64,000 nt of DNA from NCBI GenBank assembly GCA_964035575.1, contig OZ037840.1, positions 992,001 to 1,056,000 on the forward strand. Direction: 5' to 3'. Position 1 is the stretch's first letter. Each line of letters begins with the position of its first letter. The notes beneath the pieces were generated by a model. It did no database searches. It had not been told where the DNA came from and saw nothing but the letters and a program-made list of their open reading frames with translations. The position numbers were made by a program, and so were the translations under genes. Shown piece by piece: positions 47,776 to 60,580 of the stretch. Source of the stretch: Rhynchopus sp. YZ270_cl-10 (Eukaryota).

Positions 47776-48868
47776 TTATTACCTTTTCTTTTTGGCTCTT
47801 TTTTTTTTGTACACAACATACGTAGCGGGCGTTGACTGGGTGAGCGCTAGGCCTCTGCCGCCGCCGGAACAGCCCGCTCCTCACCAACACGGATGTGTTT
47901 TCCCGTTTTGCCACACCGCTCACTACGGTAAACATTGCTGGATCTGCGGGTACGGTGCCCAGGCGAACTGCTTGTCTCAGGAGCTCCCTAGCCCAGACAT
48001 CACCGACGCTTTCCTCGTTACCTACGATGACGGTCAGTTTACTTGCCCTGTGTGCGCCTGGGTGGCCGAGGATCCTGCCGCGGCGGACCCTGCGATCCCT
48101 CTGCCGGTTCCCCAGCAAGATCAGATTCCGATTCCACCAGGCGCGCAGCTACACGGTCAGCCGCTGCCCGCTGACCAGCAGAACCTGCAGATGGAGGCCT
48201 TGGCGGCTGACCTCGAACGCCTGAAGGGCGAGAGGCAGCGCGACAAGGAAGAGGCCGGTGTGTCGATCCCTCCCACTTTTTCCCCATTTTTGTGCGTCTC
48301 AATGGCGCCCCTTCCTCCATCTCCCCGATAAGCTTGAGTTTCTCAAGCAACACGTGAAACGCGCTGGACACTGCCCTAGTGCTCCTGTCGTGTCCCTCCC
48401 CCCCTCCGCTTCTGTACAGGTTGTGGACCTCGCCCACGCGCACAGAGAGCTGGACGCTCACCTCGCCCTGATGGTCGCGCTTCCTCCCCCCGCCAACGAC
48501 ACCCGCATGCCACGGCTGCACTCCTTGCTTTCCTGGGCTTATGGAGCCTGGATAGTGAGCGAGCACGGCGGTGTGGCTCGGGCCACGTACCTGCGGATGG
48601 CTTCAGAGCTGGACTGGACCTCCTTTACGGAGGCCCACCGCTCTCGTTGCCTCGACCAGGCCGTCAAGGCGGGGGACGACGATCGCAAGGACCGCAGCGG
48701 CAGGAAGCGCGGGCGGGGGGGGAAGTCAAAGAGGGAGGGTAACAAGGACGGGCGGGACAGAGACAATGAGAGGGCGGGAAAGGGGGGGAAGCAGGGGGAA
48801 AAACAGGGGGGGAAGAACTGACTAGGGTCCGCTCCTTAAAGGGACGTTCCCGTCAGGTCGCAGCTCTT

Positions 48869-49730
48869 TTGGGAGACTTTCAGAGGGACCAGATCGAGGC
48901 CTCTCTCAGGGAGACCCTCGTTCAGTCCCTCGCCCCGTCCACCCAGTCCTCAATGCAGAGTGTCTTACGTGCCTACCTGCAATTCAAGGACAACTGGGAG
49001 TGGGCGACGGGGAAGCCGCTGGAGCATGCGGTGGCGGTGCTCCTTTTTTGCGGAGAAAAAGAGGGCAGACGGAGCAAAAGGATCCACGGTCCTTCAGCAC
49101 ACCATGACTCTGGCTGGTGCGCTGAAGAGGCTCGATGGAGAATTGATCTCCCAATCCCAGTTGGTTCGGGACTATCGACAGGCCCTCAAAAGAGGCGGCG
49201 CACTACTCTCGGACCGCCAGGCGAAACCTGCCCTGTTTTCACAGGTGCAGGCAGTTCTGGACCGGCTTCCGATGGGGGTGCTCCGCCTCGCCATTGCTTT
49301 GTGTTGGGCGGGGGCGGCTCGAGCGTCGGACGTGCTCCGCCTGAGAAGACAGGAGCTGGTGATTCGGTCGGACTCGTCCATCCAGGTGCATTGGACAAAG
49401 ACGAAGTCCGATCCTTATCAACTGGGCCACTTTTCGGGAGTGCTCCGTCCTCAAGAGACCAATTTTCTTTTTGCTCACCTTTCCTCCCTCAATCCCCAAG
49501 ACCAACTCAAGGTCATCTCGGACGAGCTCAAGAAGACCTGCCAGGAGCTCACGTCCCACTCCCTCAGAAGGGGGGCGGTGCAGCACCTGGTGGGTCGAGA
49601 GGTGGACCTCGAGATGATCCCCCAGCTCACCCGCCATTCGGACGTGAACGCAGTCGTGCGTTATGCGTACGAGGCGGGGGGCGCGGTCACAGCGAGTTCG
49701 GCGGAAACTTCGCGTCTTCTCCACTCCTAA
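48869..49730 (+). pseudogene. Tyrosine recombinase of the retroelement, one frameshift at the T6 run near 49045
   Basis: N-domain SLAPSTQSS in one frame, catalytic R-K-HxxR-H-Y residues in the next. Confidence 0.8.
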
Positions 49731-50543
49731 ACCCTATTTTCCCCTCCCCTTTATTTACACCGTGTTCTCAAAGCTTGCTTGTTAATCCTTCTTTTTATTC
49801 TGCTCATGCCCCCTCCTCTCCCCCACAACCTTTTTCGGTGTCTGCGTGTGAGGACGATGACTACGGGCCGGGCCTGGATTCGTTGTATGACTCTATTTGT
49901 GTGGTTAATATTCATAAGTCGAATGTCAGGGCCCCGGCCACAGTGGCCGATCCCTCAGAGAAGCTTGCACCCATTTGTGCCTCCTTTTTAAATCTAGATA
50001 AGGCGTTAAAGCGTTGAACATAGATGGGGAACTCAAGGGGGTTTTAGATCTCATCACTGATCCCGCGTGTTTTTATTCGGCTTTCAGACCGGGGTCTCTG
50101 GAACTTATTCATTATAATCCCCATGTTTTTTCTTCATCCATTTCCAGAGATATGGCACCACCTGGACAGCTTGTTGGAATACGGGGTGGTAAAACGTGTG
50201 TCTGCTCGGCAAACGGTAGTTTTGCACGCTTTTACCGTCCCAAAGAAATCTGCGGGTGTTCGCTTTGTAGCGGATGGCCGAAAATTAAATAAACTAATGT
50301 TTCGGCCGCCTCAGATGCTTCTACCGAAGATACCTCAGGTGATCAACCGGGTTATTGAATCTTCCTGGGCAGTACTCGCGGACGGCAAAAGTTGGTTTTA
50401 CCAATTTGGCCTTCAAGAGGAAATTCAGGCTTTTTTTTTGGCATTAACCTAGGTAAAAAGAGAGGTGAGTTTGTCCAAACCAGACTCATTGCGATGTGCA
50501 TGGGGTGGTCTTTCGCGCCGTGTATTGCTCACCGCACTGCATG
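49730..50543 (+). pseudogene. DIRS-type reverse transcriptase fragment with several frameshifts
   Basis: RT motifs spread over different frames (shifts near 50010, 50150, 50440); ends at the duplication junction. Confidence 0.75.
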
Positions 50544-50674
50544 ACACATGAGTTTATCGGGACAAGTCTAGCTTCGGCGAAAAGGCCACCTTCCAAGTTC
50601 ACATCCAGACTCCATATCTCCACCAAATTCAAAAGAGATTTTTTTTTTTTTTTTTGAAAATTTCACCTCCCCAC

Positions 50675-51528
50675 CAGGGCACTAGCTAGACTTTTTTTTT
50701 TCCGTTTTTTTGCGGTTTTGCGGTTTCAAAAAAATTTTCGCGCGGCGACAAACTAGAAGGGAAAACACACGAATGAGGGACGGGGAGATTTTGGGAAGGG
50801 GTTATTTACAGGGCATTTTTTACGGGGCTAAACCCGACTGACCCCTGGTGGAATCTCCTGCCAACTTCATTGCATGTATCAGAATGCTTCTGTGCGTGAG
50901 CATGTGTTGCCGCAGGGTCTGCACAGCTTCCGACGTTCGCACATACCCCCCAGTCTCCTGTTTGCTGTCGACCATTCTATCACATACTCCTCCATGTCCG
51001 CGGCGGCACGCCGGCTCACTATGCTCTGACTTAATCTCACCGATCGTGACCACCCCTCTACCTGAATCGATTGCATTTTCGGTTGCAAAATGCAACTGTC
51101 CAAATTGCAAGGGGATTCCCGAAGACATTGTAAAATAATAAATGGCGCCGCAGGCAAAAAAAATTAGGGTACGGTGTAAAGATGCCGGTTTTACACCAGA
51201 GTCACTCAACAAACCCTTTTTTTGCGAAGCAAAAAAAGGAAAATGGTGCCGCAGGCAAAAAAAAATATGGGTTCACTCCGCGAGCGAAGCGAGCGGAAAT
51301 TTTTTTGGGGTGTACTTCCGTGAGCGCAGCGAGCAGAAAAAAAGTAAGGTGCTATCATGCCAGTCATCTGGGGGTCGGGCGAGGGGGCCCCAACAGTGCC
51401 CAAAAACCCCCCACATTTTTTTTTTTCTGCCCCGAGATTTTCCGTTTTTTTTTTTTTTTTTCCGCCAAACCGCAAAACCGGGTTTTTGCGGTTTTGAAAC
51501 CGCAAAAAAGCACCTAGCTAGTGCCCTG
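50675..51528. mobile_element. hAT-type MITE (854 bp), 8-bp TSD CTCCCCAC
   Basis: CAGGGCACTAGCTAG / CTAGCTAGTGCCCTG; TSD at 50667-50674 and 51529-51536; absent upstream of cyclase copy 1 (about 41620). Confidence 0.9.
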
Positions 51529-51635
51529 CTCCCCACAGGAACCTTTTTCCACCACACATTTCATTTTTCCCTCAACTCAAATACCCCTCCTAATTCCTCC
51601 TCTTCCTCCTCCTCCTCCCTCTCCCCCATTCCACA

Positions 51636-53726
51636 ATGCCGCGTTGGCCCTGCCTGCCACGCCTTGAGCGCATCCTCACCCTCGACGGCACCTTAGATAA
51701 GCGAGCGCGCCAGAGGCAGGAGTTGTTCCTGTGGATAAATGCTGCGGTGCTGTTGTGGATGTTGGTGTCGTTCGCGGTGGTGGTGCGCTGGACGCCTGTT
51801 GTGCCTGCCAAGCTGGGACGGCGAATCGCGTTAGTTCTCACTTCCGTGGCGGGGGTGTCGACGGTGCTGTGCAGACGCATCGTCACGGCACGCAATGTAA
51901 TGCTAACTGGCTGCGCATATGGGGTGTGTATCTTGGTGGTCGATCTCAATTCACGGACGTATGGGTCGACTGCTTGGGCTGCTCTGGTGCTTGTTGTGGA
52001 CTATCTGCTTGTGATGCAGACGGAGGAGCGTTTCACGCTTGGCTTCGTCGCCGCAGTGGTGCTGTGGTTGATCTTGATGGGCATGGAAGAGCAGTATCGA
52101 TTTGGGATGTTCGATATGCCAGGGTTGTTTCCGCAGAAAGGTGAGCAAAGTAGGTGGCAGCATCACCGTGATGTGTCGGACTGTGAGAAACTGCCCTGCG
52201 CAACGGAGGATATGGCGAAAGTGCTCTTCGCCATCGCGATTTTCGTGATAGATTTTCTTGCAACCAGAGGCTTCGCTCGGAGAATCCTGAAGGAGCAGGC
52301 AGCAATGGAGAGAACGGTCAGTGTGGTGCAGGAGATTGCGAGTCTGCTAGCAAGGTACGACGTGGAGGGTGTGGCGGAGATGCTGAAGGTGCAAAGGGAC
52401 GAGCTCCCAGAGGAGATGCACGCAACACTGCAGAGGATGGAGGAGAACCTGCGGAAGTACCGTCCCTACCTCCCCGCAGCGCTGTTTGAGGAGGAGGGTG
52501 GTGCGCCAAGCGCGTCTGTGCCGCCACCTGTGCTTGAGAACGACGTGGGAACGATTGTCTTTACAGACATCCGTTCGTCGACGTCGATCTGGGAGTGTGC
52601 GCCAGAAGGGATGCGTGCTGGGCTGAAGATCCACAACGCTGTGATGCGTGAGGTGATGCAGGTGTTTGGTGGGTACGAAGTGAAGACAATCGGCGACGCC
52701 TTCATGGTTGCCTTCGCAACAACAGCTGACGGTGTGAACTTTGGCCTGCAGGTGCAGGAGTACCTTCGTGAAGCACACTGGCCTGCGTCGCTGCTTGAGG
52801 AGGCACCGATCTGTGCTGAACAGGGACCACTTTGGGGTGGACTGACTGTGCGCATTGGTGTCAACACTGGCACTGTGACTGTGGAGCAGAACACACTGAC
52901 GGGACGGACAGACTACTTCGGACACACGGTGAACGTTGCTGCGCGTCTTGAGAGCACATGCACGCCAGGAGCTGTGGCTGTGCCCTCGGACCTGTGGACT
53001 TCTGTCTGTGGGTTGTGCAGTGCTGTTGCTGGTGAGGCTGAAGCACTTGCCTTGAAGGGTGTGTCACAGCCAATGCGTGTGCGTTGCTTGTGGCCCGTCT
53101 CACTTGCAGGCAGGCGTGAGACGCGCCTGCGCGAGCCTAGCGACGTGAGGGGCGGGAATGTTCTTGAGTCTGAATCAGAGAGGTGCTCCACACACAGCTA
53201 CTCACTGAGCTCCTCCGCCTCGTTGTTCCCTACGCTGGCCGATGCCACTGCCACTGTGGGCATTGTGGACATCGCTGTCGGGGAGAGCAGACACACTGCA
53301 CTGCATGCACTCAACGCAGGGCTCGCGACACTCATGATTGCACTGGACCAGAGCGGCGGGATGCTGGTGACGCTGCTTGGGAGCTCTGTCTGTGTCGGGT
53401 GGAACCTTGCCCGCTCTGCACCGTCACACATGGAGAACGCAATCCGGTTTGCACAACGCATCTTGGCGACGACAAATCTGTGTGGGGCTGGGATTGTGAG
53501 CGGCCCTGTGCAGCACGGGGATGTGGGTGCACGGCAGCAACGCTTTGTGACAGTCATGGGACGGACTGTGCGTCGGAGCTGGGCGCTGTGCGAGGAGGCG
53601 ATGGCAGGTGACGGGGGTGTGTGCCTGTTCGAGCCTCCTGAAGGGGCCGTCCTGCCTTATTCCCTTGACCACGTTCTCGTGCGCGCTCACGACTACGTAT
53701 ACACGATCGTTGCCACCCAAACCTGA
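51636..53726 (+). CDS. Membrane adenylate cyclase, copy 2 (apparently chimeric)
   Basis: Same motifs as copy 1; 5' part matches copy 3, 3' flank matches copy 1. Confidence 0.9.
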   Translation: MPRWPCLPRLERILTLDGTLDKRARQRQELFLWINAAVLLWMLVSFAVVVRWTPVVPAKLGRRIALVLTSVAGVSTVLCRRIVTARNVMLTGCAYGVCILVVDLNSRTYGSTAWAALVLVVDYLLVMQTEERFTLGFVAAVVLWLILMGMEEQYRFGMFDMPGLFPQKGEQSRWQHHRDVSDCEKLPCATEDMAKVLFAIAIFVIDFLATRGFARRILKEQAAMERTVSVVQEIASLLARYDVEGVAEMLKVQRDELPEEMHATLQRMEENLRKYRPYLPAALFEEEGGAPSASVPPPVLENDVGTIVFTDIRSSTSIWECAPEGMRAGLKIHNAVMREVMQVFGGYEVKTIGDAFMVAFATTADGVNFGLQVQEYLREAHWPASLLEEAPICAEQGPLWGGLTVRIGVNTGTVTVEQNTLTGRTDYFGHTVNVAARLESTCTPGAVAVPSDLWTSVCGLCSAVAGEAEALALKGVSQPMRVRCLWPVSLAGRRETRLREPSDVRGGNVLESESERCSTHSYSLSSSASLFPTLADATATVGIVDIAVGESRHTALHALNAGLATLMIALDQSGGMLVTLLGSSVCVGWNLARSAPSHMENAIRFAQRILATTNLCGAGIVSGPVQHGDVGARQQRFVTVMGRTVRRSWALCEEAMAGDGGVCLFEPPEGAVLPYSLDHVLVRAHDYVYTIVATQT

Positions 53727-54158
53727 AGCACACACACCACTGCCCCAATTTTAATTTTTTGCGCAACAACGGCGCTTTGGAAATTAGAGGATGGAATGGT
53801 GTGTATACACGTTTCCACGTATACAGTAACAACAACAAACACCGGTGGGGTAAAGACTATGGTGGATTTTGGGATTTCAAAACTCTAAGAGGGTTTTTAC
53901 CCCACCGATGTTTGTTGTCTTACTGAAATTATTCAGATAAATACTCTCAATTCTGTTTTGTTTTCGTTTTTTTTGGGGGGAGGGTCCAATCTAATCATTT
54001 TTTGTGTCAAATAGTTTGTGCAGGTTTTTATTATTTCTTCTAGGTCAAAACGCAGTTGACAGGGGGGAAATGCTACGGTCGCTTTATCTGTTTTCACCCT
54101 CATTTGTGCTCCTCTCTTCCCACATCACTTTCTGTACTTCAGAACTTTCACTTTATTA

Positions 54159-57100
54159 CATAGGGTGAAAACGATCGTTTTTTTTTTTTTTTTTTTTTTA
54201 CGAATCTGGGAAAAAGTGATCGGTCTTTTTTTTTTTTTTTTTTTTTCTTCACGATCGTGAAAAAAAAGCACCTTTTTCTTCACGATCGTGAAGGAAAAAA
54301 AAAAACGATCGTTTTTTTTTTCCCATATTATGTCGTTGATCGCTGGCCCACACCAGGGAGGGAGCCCCCACAGGTGCCCACAACCCCCCTGAAATCGGCC
54401 GAGAGTAACTTTTAGCGGTGTTTTGACGTAAAATGTCACCTTTTTTGCCATTTTTGGGGTGTACTTTTCTGGAACAAAATTCGCAAAACCCGAAATACGA
54501 ATCGTAAAAAATCGCGACATTCTATGACATGCGTATACCATGAAGCAGCACGTCACGGCATGGCATGTAACATGCACATGTAATATCGCCAAAAACCTAG
54601 TCGTAGTAACATCATCACTGTGCAAACCCCTGTCCATCCAATACAATTCACACTCTTTGTGGGTGGTCTTGCTGCCTTTTTGCCACAGTAATTTTTGGCC
54701 CGGCAGGCATGCTCTTGAAGCATGGCAATTTAGTGTGTATGGGGCAGGGTGTTGTTTTGTTCTGAATTCCCTTTGTTACAATATCTATCCAATCGCGAGT
54801 GGTTGTATGTGTATCGTGAGACACTCTTTTTAACCCTTTACGGACCAAGAGGACATTTATGCCCATTGTGGCGGGGGATGCGGCGTTCAACACCAGGCCA
54901 AGTTGGCCAAAAGCCCAACTTTTGTACTGTCCAACCTCTGTACAATTACGGTATATTTCGTTGGCTGGTGGTCTGAAGAGTGATCTGACCATATTCTCCA
55001 GGTATAACAAATGCCCAAATAATGCATTGGCGAAGGAATTTTGCACTTTTGACCATCACACATTACTTGTATTTTTACCGGTTTTTTAATGAGTACAACC
55101 TATGTCAGAGCACGCTGTCCCACAGATTTTAGAATTTGGGGGGGTCACGCAACAGGGATTACGCAGCTCCCCATACTTATCGCTAAATATGCCGTTTTCC
55201 CCGAAAAATTTTAGAATTCCACGCCCAATTTCTTTCTTTTTGGCAAAAAAAAATTTTTCGCGCTTCGCGCGAAAAAGGTCCTCAGAAGCTCAATTCCGGA
55301 AACAAATACGGGGGGAGCGACGTTTTCCAACTCCTCCGCCATCAGCAGGAACACCTCCGTTTTCTCTTGAATCTGGGACGCTTGTTGCTGAGAAACAGGG
55401 CAACAGCGCGTTCAAGCATATTCCCCATCTTTTCAGTGTTAAACTCGTGGCGAAGCCACGGTACGCAACATTTCTAAAAATTGCGCTTAAAATTGCCTAC
55501 TATGTCGCGGGAAGGGTGGGTTGAAAGCTCGCGCCGCAGTGCATCTTCCTTTTCCGGTAAAATAGAAGAAAATTGTCTTCTAAAAATAGAATTCTGTGGG
55601 GGGTAGGTGAGAGGTGGGCGGAGCCCCCACTCCTCCACCCCAGCCTCAATCCAAAACCCTGTATTTTTTTTTTTTTGGTATTTTTTGAGCTGAGATTTTC
55701 AAAAAATACCAAAAATACCAGGGTCAACCGCTGTGATGCTCATTGTTTAGAACACAGGGCTATTTCTAAATATGGGGTCCGGAGTCCAAAATCCAATCCG
55801 GGACACAATTTTGGCAGATTTATTTTGGGCCAAAAACGTCTTTATTTACATTTTTGGGATTCGCCCGTGCAGTGGTGGGGTCAATCTCGAAAATTGGATT
55901 TTTTGACCACTTAAATTTTGAGAAATATGAGCCCGGTCACTTATACGTGGGCCCATTTTCGGCTAAAATTTTCCTCAAAATCCGGGTTTGTAAAATTGAC
56001 CCTTCTGTGAAGGAAGGTTGTGGAAAAGGGTCCTTATTTGCATTTTTGGAAGCCGCCCGTGCAGTGGTGGGGTCAATTTGCAGAATTGGGCAAGTTCTTG
56101 CAAGACAACGGGTAATGTTTGTTAGCTCTAAGGAGGGAAGGGGAGCGTTTGTAGCTCACACAGCACCCCAAACCCTGGCCTCTCTGTCCACAGCACACAG
56201 CTCTTCCCCTGAGTTCCATTTGTGCCTCAACATGCTGAGCGCATCTTCAGTACGATGGGTGGATGAGCGAGAAGAGGCGCAACTGGCTAGTTGCACCAAA
56301 GCTGCACAAGCTTGTGGTCGTAGCACGCAGTTTGCGCGAGAGCAAGCCGCCACAAGAGAATGGTTGGTGGGATGAGGAGAAGCTGGTGCAGGAGGAGAAG
56401 GAGCGTGCGGGAGCTATATTGACTGCGACGCGACAGCTGAGGACCCCAAGGTTGATGATGATGCTGAGCATCACGACTCTGACATCAGTGAAGGCTCTTG
56501 GGACTAAACGCATACAGTCTTGTCCGTACCCATTTCTCCCACACAAGTCACCACCCCCTTGTGACTTGCCTGTAACAGTGGAAACGTTTCCCTCCCAGCC
56601 GCAAACCCGTTCAGTGTATCGTGAGCCACTGCAGTGACCCACTCACGCTCGACCCTGTCCCTCCTTGTAAACAGTTCGCCTTCTCCTACGTTGTGCTAAG
56701 GAAAACCAAAAAACATGCTCAAAAATGATGGGCACGGGGGTCAGACTCCACTTCTGACCACTTAAAATTAGGTCATACACGTGTTATACCCCAAACTGAC
56801 CAAGAAATTTTCCCAGTGTTCGATGGTGATCGAATTAAATCGGTGGTAAAAAGTGAAAAATGGGGCATGCCAGGCCCACGTCAATCAGCCTAAAAATGTT
56901 GCAACTTTAAACGCGCGTCTCTCCCGTACACCAATATACACTTTTTAACACATACAGTACAGCAAGGGAAAACCAAGGGATTTTACCCTGTGTTCTCCTT
57001 GTTACGGCTGCACTAACCTAATCATCAAAACTGCTCGATTTTGGCTTTATCTAAAAGATCGACATCAATTCTTACGAAATATAATTTATTTTACGATTTT

Positions 57101-57681
57101 GAGTAGAATTCTGTTTGCAGGGCGAAGTCACGAGGCAGGGGGTGATTTTGGGGGTGAGCGCCAAAAAAAGTCCTTTTCCTAGGGTTGACCCACCTCCCTC
57201 CAGCATCCAACGATATGACATTTTCACGAAAGTTGTCGATTCTTGCCTTATTATTGTCACACAGAAAAAAAATGTTTTTACGAAAATGAGTAGAACCCCA
57301 TTACCCCTACCAACGTGTGGCATTCGTGCGCCACTATAGTGGCACTTGCCATGGGTAAAAACGGTTTTCTGGTTTTAGTGCCTCGCTGGCGACATCCGTT
57401 GGGGGGGATTCTGGTGTGAGAATGTTCTCGATTTTTGCTTTATTTGAAAGATTCGCCACAAAATCGTTTCAAGGAAAAGAGTCGGTCAAAAATTCCAAGT
57501 AGAACCCAGAAACTCTCCCTTGCCACCCATTTCACGCCCATGCCCCTTGTACTACTAGGGGAAAAAAAAAAAACGATCGTGAAAAAAAAAAACTATCGTG
57601 AAAAAAAAAAAAAAAATGTCAAGATCTTGAAAAAAAGTTCAAGATCTTGAAAAAAACCGTCACGATCGTTCTCACACTATG
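54159..57681. mobile_element. Duplicate of the CATAG / TTATTA element
   Basis: +9906 copy of 44253-47775. Confidence 0.82.
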
Positions 57682-57730
57682 TTATTACCTTTTCTTTTTG
57701 GCTCTTTTTTTTTTGTACACAACATACGTA

Positions 57731-60449
57731 GCGGGCGTTGACTGGGTGAGCGCTAGGCCTCTGCCGCCGCCGGAACAGCCCGCTCCTCACCAACACGGAT
57801 GTGTTTTCCCGTTTTGCCACACCGCTCACTACGGTAAACATTGCTGGATCTGCGGGTACGGTGCCCAGGCGAACTGCTTGTCTCAGGAGCTCCCTAGCCC
57901 AGACATCACCGACGCTTTCCTCGTTACCTACGATGACGGTCAGTTTACTTGCCCTGTGTGCGCCTGGGTGGCCGAGGATCCTGCCGCGGCGGACCCTGCG
58001 ATCCCTCTGCCGGTTCCCCAGCAAGATCAGATTCCGATTCCACCAGGCGCGCAGCTACACGGTCAGCCGCTGCCCGCTGACCAGCAGAACCTGCAGATGG
58101 AGGCCTTGGCGGCTGACCTCGAACGCCTGAAGGGCGAGAGGCAGCGCGACAAGGAAGAGGCCGGTGTGTCGATCCCTCCCACTTTTTCCCCATTTTTGTG
58201 CGTCTCAATGGCGCCCCTTCCTCCATCTCCCCGATAAGCTTGAGTTTCTCAAGCAACACGTGAAACGCGCTGGACACTGCCCTAGTGCTCCTGTCGTGTC
58301 CCTCCCCCCCTCCGCTTCTGTACAGGTTGTGGACCTCGCCCACGCGCACAGAGAGCTGGACGCTCACCTCGCCCTGATGGTCGCGCTTCCTCCCCCCGCC
58401 AACGACACCCGCATGCCACGGCTGCACTCCTTGCTTTCCTGGGCTTATGGAGCCTGGATAGTGAGCGAGCACGGCGGTGTGGCTCGGGCCACGTACCTGC
58501 GGATGGCTTCAGAGCTGGACTGGACCTCCTTTACGGAGGCCCACCGCTCTCGTTGCCTCGACCAGGCCGTCAAGGCGGGGGACGACGATCGCAAGGACCG
58601 CAGCGGCAGGAAGCGCGGGCGGGGGGGGAAGTCAAAGAGGGAGGGTAACAAGGACGGGCGGGACAGAGACAATGAGAGGGCGGGAAAGGGGGGGAAGCAG
58701 GGGGAAAAACAGGGGGGGAAGAACTGACTAGGGTCCGCTCCTTAAAGGGACGTTCCCGTCAGGTCGCAGCTCTTTTGGGAGACTTTCAGAGGGACCAGAT
58801 CGAGGCCTCTCTCAGGGAGACCCTCGTTCAGTCCCTCGCCCCGTCCACCCAGTCCTCAATGCAGAGTGTCTTACGTGCCTACCTGCAATTCAAGGACAAC
58901 TGGGAGTGGGCGACGGGGAAGCCGCTGGAGCATGCGGTGGCGGTGCTCCTTTTTTGCGGAGAAAAAGAGGGCAGACGGAGCAAAAGGATCCACGGTCCTT
59001 CAGCACACCATGACTCTGGCTGGTGCGCTGAAGAGGCTCGATGGAGAATTGATCTCCCAATCCCAGTTGGTTCGGGACTATCGACAGGCCCTCAAAAGAG
59101 GCGGCGCACTACTCTCGGACCGCCAGGCGAAACCTGCCCTGTTTTCACAGGTGCAGGCAGTTCTGGACCGGCTTCCGATGGGGGTGCTCCGCCTCGCCAT
59201 TGCTTTGTGTTGGGCGGGGGCGGCTCGAGCGTCGGACGTGCTCCGCCTGAGAAGACAGGAGCTGGTGATTCGGTCGGACTCGTCCATCCAGGTGCATTGG
59301 ACAAAGACGAAGTCCGATCCTTATCAACTGGGCCACTTTTCGGGAGTGCTCCGTCCTCAAGAGACCAATTTTCTTTTTGCTCACCTTTCCTCCCTCAATC
59401 CCCAAGACCAACTCAAGGTCATCTCGGACGAGCTCAAGAAGACCTGCCAGGAGCTCACGTCCCACTCCCTCAGAAGGGGGGCGGTGCAGCACCTGGTGGG
59501 TCGAGAGGTGGACCTCGAGATGATCCCCCAGCTCACCCGCCATTCGGACGTGAACGCAGTCGTGCGTTATGCGTACGAGGCGGGGGGCGCGGTCACAGCG
59601 AGTTCGGCGGAAACTTCGCGTCTTCTCCACTCCTAAACCCTATTTTCCCCTCCCCTTTATTTACACCGTGTTCTCAAAGCTTGCTTGTTAATCCTTCTTT
59701 TTATTCTGCTCATGCCCCCTCCTCTCCCCCACAACCTTTTTCGGTGTCTGCGTGTGAGGACGATGACTACGGGCCGGGCCTGGATTCGTTGTATGACTCT
59801 ATTTGTGTGGTTAATATTCATAAGTCGAATGTCAGGGCCCCGGCCACAGTGGCCGATCCCTCAGAGAAGCTTGCACCCATTTGTGCCTCCTTTTTAAATC
59901 TAGATAAGGCGTTAAAGCGTTGAACATAGATGGGGAACTCAAGGGGGTTTTAGATCTCATCACTGATCCCGCGTGTTTTTATTCGGCTTTCAGACCGGGG
60001 TCTCTGGAACTTATTCATTATAATCCCCATGTTTTTTCTTCATCCATTTCCAGAGATATGGCACCACCTGGACAGCTTGTTGGAATACGGGGTGGTAAAA
60101 CGTGTGTCTGCTCGGCAAACGGTAGTTTTGCACGCTTTTACCGTCCCAAAGAAATCTGCGGGTGTTCGCTTTGTAGCGGATGGCCGAAAATTAAATAAAC
60201 TAATGTTTCGGCCGCCTCAGATGCTTCTACCGAAGATACCTCAGGTGATCAACCGGGTTATTGAATCTTCCTGGGCAGTACTCGCGGACGGCAAAAGTTG
60301 GTTTTACCAATTTGGCCTTCAAGAGGAAATTCAGGCTTTTTTTTTGGCATTAACCTAGGTAAAAAGAGAGGTGAGTTTGTCCAAACCAGACTCATTGCGA
60401 TGTGCATGGGGTGGTCTTTCGCGCCGTGTATTGCTCACCGCACTGCATG
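57731..60449 (+). mobile_element. Duplicate of the YR retrotransposon fragment
   Basis: +9906 copy with the same frameshifts. Confidence 0.82.
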
Positions 60450-60580
60450 ACACATGAGTTTATCGGGACAAGTCTAGCTTCGGCGAAAAGGCCACCTTCC
60501 AAGTTCACATCCAGACTCCATATCTCCACCAAATTCAAAAGAGATTTTTTTTTTTTTTTTTGAAAATTTCACCTCCCCAC

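Larger units (their letters stand above)
47825..50543 (+). mobile_element. Tyrosine-recombinase retrotransposon (gag-like, YR, RT order; VIPER/TATE-like), frameshifted and 3'-truncated
   Basis: Cys/His-rich, basic-tailed gag-like ORFs (about 47825-48821); YR about 48870-49730 with RASD, KTK, HSLRRG, TRH..VRY; RT with FTVPKK..RFVADGRKLN, ADGKSWFYQF, MGWSFAP, cut before YxDD. Confidence 0.82.

Noticed and set aside
48869..50017. 382-aa ORF as a single gene
   Set aside because: Composite of the YR N-terminus, out-of-frame YR sequence and the probable start of pol.
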